Shown in pieces: positions 20,129 to 29,327 of a DNA stretch of 64,000 nucleotides; position 1 is the first letter of the stretch, and each line of letters begins with the position of its first letter. The notes under the pieces are model-generated. The model did no database searches. It worked only from the letters and a program-made list of their open reading frames with translations, and was not told the origin of the DNA. Source of the DNA: a virus; the IMG/VR virus record IMGVR_UViG_3300048577_000559; one strand, 5' to 3'. The position numbers and the translations under genes were made by a program.

Positions 20129-21117
20129 TGGAAACCTTCGCCAATCAGGCCGTTACCACGCTGTCGGCCGCCATTACCAGCGTGACCGCCACGAGTTGCA
20201 CGGTCATTGATGCCACGGCGTTCCCGGACACCGGGAACTTTCGCATCAAGATCGACAGTGAAATCCTCATTGTCACTAGCGTTGCAGGCAATACCTTCAT
20301 CATCACGCGCGGGACCGAGGGCACTACGGCGGCCACGCACGCCAGCGGCGCGAGCGTCATTCACCTCTTGACCAAAGGCAGCCTGGACGCGCGGGTCGCC
20401 AACCGCTTCATCTCCGACATCTACGACAACAAGCCTGCGGCTGGCGTCAAAGGACGACTCTTCCTGCCCACGGACGGGCTGTTCCTGGAGTACGACGACG
20501 GGGCGGCTTGGCACAAGTACGGGCCGTACCGGCGGCTCAAAGCGCCACCCCAGACCGGCTGGTCGTGGGTCAACCAGGGCAACGCCACGGTGACGTACAC
20601 CGGCAGCGCGTTGGTGCTCGAAGACCCCGATCTTGATACCACCGCTCCGCAGATTCGTTTGCTCGTCCGGCCAGTAGGCGTGGTCAACGGGGTCACAGCG
20701 GCCTTTCTGTGGAATGGGCTAGCAAACGATGTCCCCTGCATGGGCGTCTGTGCCAGGCAGGTGGGCGGGGACGCATCCTATGACGGGCACTTCTGGACCT
20801 TCGGCACCCGGCCGTCAAGTGGCGCTGGCAATCAGATGGTTTTTCACGAGCGGTATTACACTTCTCCGACCGTGCTTCAATCGACCCCGACAGAGGATGG
20901 GAAAGCCTATTACTCGCAACGGCTCTTCTGGGTTCGGTACGAATGGACCGGGTACAACAAGCGTTTCTATCATTCGGCCGATGGCGTGAACTGGATCAGG
21001 GTGGACGACGAGGGAATGACTTCTTATGCCGGACCCAACCAGTTGGGCATCTTCATCGACCCGACGAACAATGTCCAGAAGATTTCCATGACCTTGGTTC
21101 ACTGGGAAGAGAGCTAA
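20128..21117 (+). CDS. Tail fibre or receptor-binding-like protein, paralog 3.
   Basis: Same N-terminal domain (GNFRIKIDSEILIVTSV..TRGTEGTT..H) and C-terminal LVHWEES. Confidence 0.5.
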   Translation: METFANQAVTTLSAAITSVTATSCTVIDATAFPDTGNFRIKIDSEILIVTSVAGNTFIITRGTEGTTAATHASGASVIHLLTKGSLDARVANRFISDIYDNKPAAGVKGRLFLPTDGLFLEYDDGAAWHKYGPYRRLKAPPQTGWSWVNQGNATVTYTGSALVLEDPDLDTTAPQIRLLVRPVGVVNGVTAAFLWNGLANDVPCMGVCARQVGGDASYDGHFWTFGTRPSSGAGNQMVFHERYYTSPTVLQSTPTEDGKAYYSQRLFWVRYEWTGYNKRFYHSADGVNWIRVDDEGMTSYAGPNQLGIFIDPTNNVQKISMTLVHWEES

Positions 21118-21120
21118 GCG

Positions 21121-23625
21121 ATGGCGCAGACCGGCAAGCTGGGCACCGTCGATTCCCAACTGGCGAATCTGCAACCGGCATTTGCTGGTGCGGACCCGTC
21201 GCCGCCCTCGGTCACGACGGAGAGCGGCCGGCTCGGCGAGCAGTTGGGAGACATGGTTCTCGCCCTCGGCGGGGTGATTGGCGCAAGCGTCATTCACCTC
21301 TCGGCCGAGAGCGTGCTTGCCGCTGCGCAGACGACGGCTTGTGAGCCGGAGTATGTGGCTCACGAGTCCCCCATCTGGGCCTTGGGCGGTCAAGACTCCC
21401 GGCTGGGCGACACCCAACTGGCTTTTTCCGGCGCAGACGTGCCGCTGCCGGCGATTACTACCCAAAGCGGCCGGCTCGGCGGGCAACTGGGCGATCTGGT
21501 CCCCGGCCTCGGCGGGCTGCTTAGTCCTGGCGTCATTCACCTGTCGGCCGAGAGCGTGCTGGCGATCGCGCAGACGGCGGACCCCGCGCCGACGTTCGCA
21601 CCTCACCTGTCTCCGGCCTGGGCGTGGGGCGGGCGAGACGCTCAGCTTGGCGTTGTGCAGCCGGCGTTTGCTGGTGCCGAGGAGGCGCGGCCGGAGACCG
21701 GCGACCGCACGGGTCAACTTGGCACGCTCAATTCGCTGCTGGGCAACATGCGGCCTGCCCTCGGCGAGCAAGAGGGTGGCGGCGGGGCCAACATCGTCTA
21801 TGCCAGTGCCCAGAGTGACTTGTCGCTGACGGCCGAGGCGGCGGTGGCCGGCGTCGTGCGGGCCTGTGCCGCCTCTAGCGCGCTTGTCCTGTCGGATGTC
21901 GCCGGGCGCAACGATCTTTTGAGCGGGGCTGCCGAATCGGCGGTCAGCCTGAACACGGTGGCGGAGTTCTCGGTCGCGCGGGCGGCGGCGGCTGAGAGCG
22001 CGTTGGCGCTGCTGGATTCCGCCGGGCGCAACAATTTGCTCAGCGGAGAGGCCGAATCCGCGATCAGCTTGGACATGGCAGCGGACTTCACCGCCGCGCG
22101 AGCGGTGGCAGCCGAGAGCACGCTGGCGCTCGTGGATGCGGCAGCTAACATCGGGGGCGAACTTATTGAGGCGGCGGCAGAGTCCACGCTTGTCTTGGAC
22201 GTGGCGGCCGACTTCACAGTTGCACGAGCGGCGACGGCCGAGAGCACGCTGGCCCTGGTGGATGCGGCGACCCGCAATAACCTGCTCAGCGGCAGCGCTG
22301 AGTCCGCGATCAGCCTGGGGACCACGGCGGACTTCACCGTCGCACGGGCGGTAGCAGCCGAGAGCGTGCTGGCGATCTCCGTCGAAGCGGCGCGCGTCTT
22401 GCCGGCTGTTATCGACGTGGCGGCCGAGTCCGCGATCAGCCTGACCGTGGCGGCCGGGCGCAACAACATCGTGACCGCTGCTGCCACGAGCGTGCTTGAC
22501 CAGACAACTGCGGCGACGTGCGTTCACGTCGTCCCCACGCCGGTCAGCGCTGAATCGACGATCAGCCCGGACACGGCGGCGGCCTGTTCGGTCGCGCGGC
22601 CGGCAGGGGCCTGGGACGAACTATGGAACCTGTGGCACGAGGCATCCGTCGTCGTCGTGCGGAAGGTGGCTGCCGAAAGCCCCCTGGCATTAGCGCAGAC
22701 GGAACTGACGGCCCGGCCGTGGTACTTGTCGGCCGAGTCCCCGCTCCAGGCCGTCACTGAGGAGTACGATCCCGAGCTTGACGCGATGGTCGAGCGGATC
22801 GAGGGCCTGCAAGATGCCGCGAGGGTTGCCCGTCCGCTGCCGCTGGCGGTCCAGCAGTCGATCTCCCTCGGGCAATCGGCCTCGGTCGTCAAGGTCAAGC
22901 CCAACGCCATCAACGTCGCGGCCGAAAGCGTCTTGGAACTGCTGGGCGAAGTCCGGCCCAACAGGACCGGGGACGTAGGCCATTGGTTGGCGTTCACGCA
23001 GACTGCCACGATTGATAAGTGCAAGCCGGCCAGGTCGGCGTTGGAGTTGGCGGCCGAAGCGGCGGCTGTTTGGACCGGCCCGCGCGACGCGGACTCGGCG
23101 CTCGATCTGCGCCAGTCGGCGACGTACTATCTGGTTTCGGCCGGCGTCCTTCAGCGGTATCACCCGTTTGTCGGAGCAGGGGCACCGAATGCGCCAACGC
23201 CCCCGCCGCCGGTCCTTGAGGGTCCGCGTCCTGGCGTCACGGTCGCGTTCCAGTTGGTCTATCCGGCGACGGGCAGCGTCACCGATTCGGTGACGCTGCG
23301 AACGCCCAATTTCGGCAACAAGGATCGGCTCGGCTTCAACCGCGTCTTGCGGGAGACTCGCGGCGGCACGCTGATCGTCTTCGCCGATCCGATCTGGCCG
23401 AAGATTCAGACCCTCGTTCTGAACTTCTCCGGCCTCACTCGCGACCAGGCCCAAGCATTGCTCACCTTCCTGGACGCCCATCTGGGCGAGGAAGTAGGCG
23501 TGTACGACTGGGAGCATCGCTATTGGACTGGCGTGATTACCACGCCAACCGACCCTATGGTCCAGGACGGCCGGGCCAGCTTCTCGGCCAGCTTCGAGTT
23601 CGAGGGTGAGTTGGTTCCGGCATAA
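21121..23625 (+). CDS. Large tail or fibre-associated protein with internal tandem repeats.
   Basis: 834 aa. It has two copies of a unit of about 80 aa (SGRLG.QLGD.V..LGG....SVIHLSAESVLA.AQT) and at least five copies of a unit of about 40 aa (AESxLALxDxAxRNNLLSGxAESAISLxxxADFTVARAVA), also visible as roughly 120-bp DNA repeats. Confidence 0.5.
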   Translation: MAQTGKLGTVDSQLANLQPAFAGADPSPPSVTTESGRLGEQLGDMVLALGGVIGASVIHLSAESVLAAAQTTACEPEYVAHESPIWALGGQDSRLGDTQLAFSGADVPLPAITTQSGRLGGQLGDLVPGLGGLLSPGVIHLSAESVLAIAQTADPAPTFAPHLSPAWAWGGRDAQLGVVQPAFAGAEEARPETGDRTGQLGTLNSLLGNMRPALGEQEGGGGANIVYASAQSDLSLTAEAAVAGVVRACAASSALVLSDVAGRNDLLSGAAESAVSLNTVAEFSVARAAAAESALALLDSAGRNNLLSGEAESAISLDMAADFTAARAVAAESTLALVDAAANIGGELIEAAAESTLVLDVAADFTVARAATAESTLALVDAATRNNLLSGSAESAISLGTTADFTVARAVAAESVLAISVEAARVLPAVIDVAAESAISLTVAAGRNNIVTAAATSVLDQTTAATCVHVVPTPVSAESTISPDTAAACSVARPAGAWDELWNLWHEASVVVVRKVAAESPLALAQTELTARPWYLSAESPLQAVTEEYDPELDAMVERIEGLQDAARVARPLPLAVQQSISLGQSASVVKVKPNAINVAAESVLELLGEVRPNRTGDVGHWLAFTQTATIDKCKPARSALELAAEAAAVWTGPRDADSALDLRQSATYYLVSAGVLQRYHPFVGAGAPNAPTPPPPVLEGPRPGVTVAFQLVYPATGSVTDSVTLRTPNFGNKDRLGFNRVLRETRGGTLIVFADPIWPKIQTLVLNFSGLTRDQAQALLTFLDAHLGEEVGVYDWEHRYWTGVITTPTDPMVQDGRASFSASFEFEGELVPA

Positions 23626-23647
23626 CACCTCTGGCGAGGACAAGCCC

Positions 23648-24046
23648 ATGTTCACGCTTCAAGCCCCTTATCCGCTCTTGCAGACCACGACGCTCTTGCC
23701 CAATCCGCAATTCAGCGACCAGGAGAGCTTGACGGCGACCGTGACCCGCAAGACGGCGATGGACGGCACGCGCTACACCTACGTCAAGCGCAAGGGCGAC
23801 CGGCGGAAGCTGAAGTGGTCCTTCCGCCTCATGCGGAACAAGGGCCTCGAATTGCGGGCCTTTCTCTTCGCCTACTTCGCCTCGCCGGTGCGCGTCGTTG
23901 ACCACAACGGGCGGATGTGGGTCGGCAATTTCACGAACAATCCGTTCGAGTTTGACACTGCCCAGAAGGCCGGGCCGGCGATTGCGCCCATGCCGCGCGG
24001 CGAGGCCCAGATGATCGAATTGGAATTTGAGGGAGTCGAGCAGTGA
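23648..24046 (+). CDS. Small tail protein (hypothetical).
   Basis: 133-aa ORF between the repeat protein and the large tail protein. Confidence 0.35.
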   Translation: MFTLQAPYPLLQTTTLLPNPQFSDQESLTATVTRKTAMDGTRYTYVKRKGDRRKLKWSFRLMRNKGLELRAFLFAYFASPVRVVDHNGRMWVGNFTNNPFEFDTAQKAGPAIAPMPRGEAQMIELEFEGVEQ

Positions 24047-26946
24047 GGAACATCTCCGCAGCCGGATTGGCGAAACTGGCGACCCGCTACGGCACCGAAC
24101 CCATCACCATCATCGAGGTGGATTGGGTTGACGGGAGCACCGCGCGATACGCCGACCGCACCATAGGAACGATTCCCGGCCGGATCGTGGAGGTTGGCGA
24201 CCTGGATAACGTCGTCAACGTGAGCAACAACAGCGGCTCGCAGGAATTGGCCGTCACGCTGGACGATACGGACGGCACCATCAAGGCCATCTTCGACGCC
24301 CATGACATTCACAAACGGACGGCGCGGGTGTATCAGTATTTCACCGGCCTGGCGCTGTCCGACAAGTTCCTGCTCTTCAGCGGCAAGGTCAGTTCGCCCA
24401 TTACTTGGAGCGAGCGGGACCGCACGGTCAAGTTCTCGATCCTCTCGCAACTTGAAGACAAGGAGATCGGCTTCAGCGCGGAAGAGGGCCAGTTTCCTTA
24501 TCTACCGGCGGACATGGTGGGCAAGGCGTGGCCGATGATCTTCGGCAAGGTCGTCAATTGCCCAACGCTCCAGGTCAACAAGGCGGTCACGGGCACGACG
24601 CTCACCAGCGCGGGCATCCTCAGCGGCATGGACCTTTGGGCGTCGATGTCGGACGGGGCCGACGACTCGCAGCATACCATGAGCCTGCTGCAAATGCTCA
24701 TTCAGATCAACCACCTTCAGAAAGTGAAGGAGTGCTGGGCACCGCATTGGCACCCGCCGGTGGACGCTGCCAAGGCGGCCGAGCTTCAGAAGCAGATCGA
24801 CTCGCTCAACGCGCAAATCCGTGAGGCGGTGGGGCGGCGGGACAAGCAGCGGGCCTGCGCCCTGGCCCGCCGGCAGCAGCAGATCGCCGAGGCCAATGCC
24901 CAAGGAGAGGGCGAGAATCCCATCCGCATCCTGGGCGGCGAGGATTTTCCCCAGGGGCGGACCCTGACGCTCAACATCAATGGCGGACTGTTCACCGGGC
25001 ATTTCGAGGGCGAGTTGTTCCACGTCCAGAGCCGCCAACATCCGGCGGACGACGCCACGGCCGCTGATGCGTATGCCGAGAAGACCGAGGAGCCGGCCAT
25101 CTGCCTGGAACCGACGCAGATCAGCTACTATCGCTATGAGGACGAGGTCCCTAACGGCTGTGGCGATGGGTTCCCCAAGGGAAACAAGATCATCGACCAG
25201 GGGGCGGTGATTACCAACACCAATGCCACCGTGAGTCAGATGGACACCGAGCCGGTGGCCCAGCACTTCTGGGTCGATCCCGGCGCGTCGGTGACGATTG
25301 CCAGCGACGAGCCGATTACCTACATCGCCTCCATCGTGCCCGGCACGGTCTTGGCGGTGAAAGCCTACAAGCAACTCACTGGCGAGCGGCGGCTGGTGGA
25401 TGTGCCGACCGACTTGTATACGGTCACGAGCCAGACCTACGGGTCCGTAACGGCCATTGAGATCGTCGTCAACAAACCCTTGAGCACCATCACCGATCAG
25501 GGCTGGAGCGATGATCTCTACGTGACGTTTCAGTCGAGCGTCGGCCCGGACACCGTGAACATCCTCAAGTACCTGATAACCAATTACACGGACCTGACTT
25601 GGGATGCCACGTCGTTCAACCACGTCCAGGAGAAACTCCAGCCATTTCCGGCCAACTTTCCGATCCTGGAGCGGAAAAACACGATTCAGGCGTTGGAGGA
25701 GATCGCCTTCCAGGCCCGCTGCGCCATTTGGCTTAACAATGGGGTGTTCTACTTGAAGTATCTCCCCGAGGAGCCGACACCGGCTGGCACGATTACGGCA
25801 AGCGACATCGACGCCGAAAAGGGCATCGAGGTGGAACTTACCAGCACGGAAGACATTGTGACCAAGATGAAGGTCAACTGGCGGCTGAGTTGGGCCGACG
25901 TTTCCGATCAGCCGAAGGACAAGGCCGAGAAGACGATCCTCTTGCGGCACAACGTCGCCAAGTACGGCACCCAGGAGCAGCAGTACGACTGGTACATCTA
26001 CAACCAGCCGGACACCGTGTACAAGTGCGCGACGTTCTGGCTAATCCGCAAGTCGAACACCTGGAAGCGGATCAGTTTCAAGACCTTCTTGAACAAGCTG
26101 AACCTGGAGACCTTCGACGCCGTGACGCTGGATTTCGACCAGCCTTACGTGGCCAACGGCCCAGTGTTGGCGATTGTCGAGAAGGCCAATTACAACTCGG
26201 CGGAGAATTGCGTGGACTTCGAGTGCCTGGTGCCGGTGGCGGCGGGCACGATGGAGAAATACCACTTCTTCTGGCCGGCGGCGTTGCCGCAGACGGACAC
26301 CTGGCCGCCTGCCAACGAGATTGCGGCTGGTTATGCCGGTGGCAACGGGATCGGCACGGGAGCCACCGGCAACCTGCCGGTGGGCGACACCACGACGATC
26401 CCGGACGGGAGCGTGATTTTCGTCGGCGGCCCCAATGTCGTCTTTCGGGCGCACAGCGATTGGGGCGACTCCACGCCTACGGACGTGGGCTTCTCGGCCC
26501 AGCCCGTCGTGGATACGGCGACCTACATCAACCTCTCGCCCGGTTCTCGCCCGCGCTTGAATTTGCGGACGTATCCTCGGCGGAGCCTGCCGGCCATCAC
26601 GCCGGCAGCCACCTCGTCGAGCCAGATTACGGTCGATCTGCACAAGACCAAGATTCTCGACACTTCAGGCGATGAAACCAAGTTTGCCTACCTGTCGTCC
26701 ATTCTCCACGGCATCACCGAGGATGGCGACTTGACGATTGATCGCGGGGCACTGGTGGCGGACGAGGAGCATGAGGATGGGCAACCGTTGTCCGACGTGT
26801 TGAAGAACGGCGACGAGTATCTGGCGATCCGCACGGACGTTTCCATCTGGGACCAGGATTACGGAGAGCACGAATTCGACTTCGCCTTCGACTTTATGAG
26901 CGAGAAGTTTGGAGCAGGGACCGCGTTCCTGCAAAGCGAGGATTAA
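24043..26946 (+). CDS. Large tail protein (tip or host-specificity-like).
   Basis: 967-aa ORF with a GTG start overlapping the upstream stop. Size and position resemble phage tail tip or J-like proteins. Confidence 0.45.
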   Translation: MRNISAAGLAKLATRYGTEPITIIEVDWVDGSTARYADRTIGTIPGRIVEVGDLDNVVNVSNNSGSQELAVTLDDTDGTIKAIFDAHDIHKRTARVYQYFTGLALSDKFLLFSGKVSSPITWSERDRTVKFSILSQLEDKEIGFSAEEGQFPYLPADMVGKAWPMIFGKVVNCPTLQVNKAVTGTTLTSAGILSGMDLWASMSDGADDSQHTMSLLQMLIQINHLQKVKECWAPHWHPPVDAAKAAELQKQIDSLNAQIREAVGRRDKQRACALARRQQQIAEANAQGEGENPIRILGGEDFPQGRTLTLNINGGLFTGHFEGELFHVQSRQHPADDATAADAYAEKTEEPAICLEPTQISYYRYEDEVPNGCGDGFPKGNKIIDQGAVITNTNATVSQMDTEPVAQHFWVDPGASVTIASDEPITYIASIVPGTVLAVKAYKQLTGERRLVDVPTDLYTVTSQTYGSVTAIEIVVNKPLSTITDQGWSDDLYVTFQSSVGPDTVNILKYLITNYTDLTWDATSFNHVQEKLQPFPANFPILERKNTIQALEEIAFQARCAIWLNNGVFYLKYLPEEPTPAGTITASDIDAEKGIEVELTSTEDIVTKMKVNWRLSWADVSDQPKDKAEKTILLRHNVAKYGTQEQQYDWYIYNQPDTVYKCATFWLIRKSNTWKRISFKTFLNKLNLETFDAVTLDFDQPYVANGPVLAIVEKANYNSAENCVDFECLVPVAAGTMEKYHFFWPAALPQTDTWPPANEIAAGYAGGNGIGTGATGNLPVGDTTTIPDGSVIFVGGPNVVFRAHSDWGDSTPTDVGFSAQPVVDTATYINLSPGSRPRLNLRTYPRRSLPAITPAATSSSQITVDLHKTKILDTSGDETKFAYLSSILHGITEDGDLTIDRGALVADEEHEDGQPLSDVLKNGDEYLAIRTDVSIWDQDYGEHEFDFAFDFMSEKFGAGTAFLQSED

Positions 26947-26949
26947 GTC

Positions 26950-27768
26950 ATGGCCGCACTGTATCCCCTGACGCTCGACGCCTGGAACAGTCTGCTCGGG
27001 CGGATCAACAACCTAGCCTCGTGGCCTCCCGAAGGCTGCGATCCCATCGCTCAACTACCGCTTGTCACTGCGCCGCACAAGTGGACGGTCCAGGACATCG
27101 CGGCGGCGCAGGACAAGCTCCGGGAGATTTGTTCCGACAACACCTTCACCAGCCCTTCGCCTTCGGACAAATGGCGGAAGCTCTACATCGACGAGCTTGA
27201 CGAGGCCATCGACAACGGCTGGTGCAACTGCGAACCGCCGATACCGTGCTGCATACCTTATGGAGAGGGGACGGTCTGGATCGAAGGCCCCGGCGGCGGC
27301 TACTGGGTGACGATACCCTACTGGCAAGTGATCGAGCAGTACCTTTACGGAAACATCAGCTATGGGGCGGCTGAAGCGGCTCTTCCCGAAGGGGTCATGG
27401 CGCATCTGGTGCAGTGCTACGCTAGCGGCCAGGGCTACATTGCGCACAGCTTCCATCACGGGCATTGGGTGAACTGCGTCTACCAAGACTACTGGGTGGA
27501 GGGTGGTAAACGGGGTGAGGAGCATTGGAGTACGTGCCAGATCGACCCGGACGAGATTACTTACTTGGGACGGGTGCCCGCCCTCACTTCAAGCTACGAG
27601 AGCAGCACAATCGTTGGACCGACCAACTCTATTGATCCGTTCTGCGGGGCTTATCAGTACGACTATATCGAGCATCGGTGGTATCAGTCCTGCCAGATCG
27701 GGTACTTCGAGGTAAATGCGTATTGGTATTACTTCTCTTATTGGTCGCTGTTCCAGTGTCCAGCGTGA
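26950..27768 (+). CDS. Cys/Trp/Tyr-rich hypothetical protein.
   Basis: 272 aa with many C, W and Y (WCNCEPPIPCCIPYGEG, YWYYFSYWSLFQCPA). Last gene of the structural block. Confidence 0.4.
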   Translation: MAALYPLTLDAWNSLLGRINNLASWPPEGCDPIAQLPLVTAPHKWTVQDIAAAQDKLREICSDNTFTSPSPSDKWRKLYIDELDEAIDNGWCNCEPPIPCCIPYGEGTVWIEGPGGGYWVTIPYWQVIEQYLYGNISYGAAEAALPEGVMAHLVQCYASGQGYIAHSFHHGHWVNCVYQDYWVEGGKRGEEHWSTCQIDPDEITYLGRVPALTSSYESSTIVGPTNSIDPFCGAYQYDYIEHRWYQSCQIGYFEVNAYWYYFSYWSLFQCPA

Positions 27769-27807
27769 GCTTCCATCGCGGCAAGTAGACAAAGGCAAGT
27801 GCGGTTG

Positions 27808-27845
27808 GACAAGTGCCCAGGTGGATAACCACCTGGGCACTTGTC
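27808..27845 (+). terminator. Perfect 17-bp stem-loop (GACAAGTGCCCAGGTGG-ataa-CCACCTGGGCACTTGTC), likely a terminator or regulatory hairpin.
   Basis: Exact inverted repeat read directly from the sequence, followed by TCATTTCTT. Confidence 0.5.
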
Positions 27846-27866
27846 ATTTCTTGAGAGGAGCATCTT

Positions 27867-28442
27867 ATGGAAAGCGCGTTTGCTTGGCTGAATCAGTTGT
27901 TCCAGGCCATCTATCAACTGTTCCCTCGCATCCTGATCGTGCGGGCCACGCACGGCGGCGTTGCTTGGGTACGGGGCAAGCACGTCAAGTTGCTCGTGCC
28001 GGGGCTGCATATCTACTGGCCCTTGACGACCGACGTGGAGGTCGTTGTGACCGCTCGGCAGACGCTCGCCATCCCGGACCAAGTGATGGCCACGAAGGAC
28101 GGCAAGAAGGTCGTGGTCAAGACCTTGGTGGTCTACAAGATTCCCGATCCCGTGCGGGCCATCGGCAAGCTCAATTGGGACGTGGACACCACGATCAACG
28201 ACCTGACGCAATCCGCCGTGGTCCGCGTTATTGCCACGCACACCTACGACGAGATCATGGCGGGGATCAGGGATGAGAGCCTGACGAAGACCTTGACCAC
28301 AGAGACCCGCCGCGAGTTGCGGCAGTTCGGCGTCCACGTCACGCGCTCGAAGCTGGTGGACTTCGCCGACTGCAAGGTCTTCAAGCTGCTCACGTCCCAG
28401 GCGGACAGGGCGGGGATGGCCACGCACCAGTTCTACCAGTAG
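27867..28442 (+). CDS. SPFH/band-7 (stomatin/prohibitin-like) domain protein.
   Basis: Match to the SPFH core: GGVAWVRGKHVKLLVPGLHIYWPL..DVEVVVTARQTLAIPDQVMATKDGKKVVVKTLVVYKIPDP. RBS GAGAGGAG. Confidence 0.6.
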   Translation: MESAFAWLNQLFQAIYQLFPRILIVRATHGGVAWVRGKHVKLLVPGLHIYWPLTTDVEVVVTARQTLAIPDQVMATKDGKKVVVKTLVVYKIPDPVRAIGKLNWDVDTTINDLTQSAVVRVIATHTYDEIMAGIRDESLTKTLTTETRRELRQFGVHVTRSKLVDFADCKVFKLLTSQADRAGMATHQFYQ

Positions 28443-28841
28443 TCAGGACCGGCGCACCGGGCAGTTCTGGCATTGCTCCAGCGCGGCCTCGCCACTGAAC
28501 GGCTCGGCGTCGGGATTACCGCAGAGTCCGGCAACGCCCAGCACGCCGTCAATCACCTGGACCCGGAGCATCCGCAGCAGGCAGTGCGGCCAGGCGGGAT
28601 AGAGCCGCGAGCCATCTTGCCGATAGCCGGACAAGGCTGGTGGAGGTCCGCTGAATTCCAGCGACCCGTCTGGGTGGACCGTGGGACGGCCGTGGACCAG
28701 TTCCACGTCGGGGATGGCCTGCTCGACGAGGCGATAGAAGCTCGCCAGCGGGCCGCCGGAGTAGGTCAGATAGTTGCAGCCGCCGGCCGCCACGGGGCGA
28801 GGCTGGTCTTCGGGGCAATTGCAGGGCGTGGATTCTACCAT
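28443..28841 (-). CDS. Cys-containing hypothetical protein.
   Basis: Start chosen at MVESTPCNCPEDQ (ATG at 28841) to avoid a long overlap with the upstream gene. 133 aa. Confidence 0.35.
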   Translation of the reverse strand: MVESTPCNCPEDQPRPVAAGGCNYLTYSGGPLASFYRLVEQAIPDVELVHGRPTVHPDGSLEFSGPPPALSGYRQDGSRLYPAWPHCLLRMLRVQVIDGVLGVAGLCGNPDAEPFSGEAALEQCQNCPVRRS

Positions 28842-29317
28842 AGTTCTCGCGGGCAGTGTTCCGTGGCCATCTTGATCTTGTTCAGCACGGCGTAGCCGTT
28901 CTCGGCGACGCGGCAGCCGCATCCTCGGCAGATTTGCCGCTCGCCGTCGAACCATTTGCAGGGCTTGCACTGCTGGTGGAATATCCGCTCGACTTCCTTG
29001 TCCGGGCGCACGGGCTGCCCGGCGGCTGTCCATCGGGCAAGGGCCTCGGCATAGGAGTACGCGCGGCGCACCAGCCCCGGCGGCGCGGGCGACTCCGATG
29101 ATGGTGGCGCGGGTGGCGGGGTCGGGGGTAGCGGTGGCGGCGACGATTCCGGGGCAGCTATTTCGGTCGGTTCAAGCCCAAGGCAACGGCGACAGTCAAC
29201 GGGTCGAACCGGCCGCTGAAAGTAGCCCTTTGAGGGGTCGTTGCACGTCGGGTGCCTCTCCGTGCCGGTGAGGCGCTTCGGGCATGGCGGGTTTTCGCGC
29301 TCTTCATCCGTTGACAT
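28835..29317 (-). CDS. Hypothetical protein with a proline-rich linker and a C-terminal Cys-rich (zinc-binding-like) domain.
   Basis: Start MSTDEERENPPCPK with RBS GAGGAAG. C-terminus CKPCKWFDGERQICRGCGCR. Confidence 0.4.
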   Translation of the reverse strand: MSTDEERENPPCPKRLTGTERHPTCNDPSKGYFQRPVRPVDCRRCLGLEPTEIAAPESSPPPLPPTPPPAPPSSESPAPPGLVRRAYSYAEALARWTAAGQPVRPDKEVERIFHQQCKPCKWFDGERQICRGCGCRVAENGYAVLNKIKMATEHCPRELW

Positions 29318-29327
29318 GACGACTTCC

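Noticed and set aside
21890-22450. CRISPR array or non-coding satellite as the explanation for the 120-bp tandem repeats.
   Set aside because: The repeats are in-frame within a continuous 834-aa ORF and encode a repeating 40-aa peptide unit. There is no repeat-spacer alternation.
20815-22527. 570-aa minus-strand ORF across the repeat-protein gene, and similar long antisense ORFs (8711-9997, 15754-16803, 24502-25950, 45379-46239, 46477-47367).
   Set aside because: All lie antisense to convincing plus-strand genes, have Arg-rich biased composition, and are best explained by the absence of stop codons in GC-rich antisense frames.
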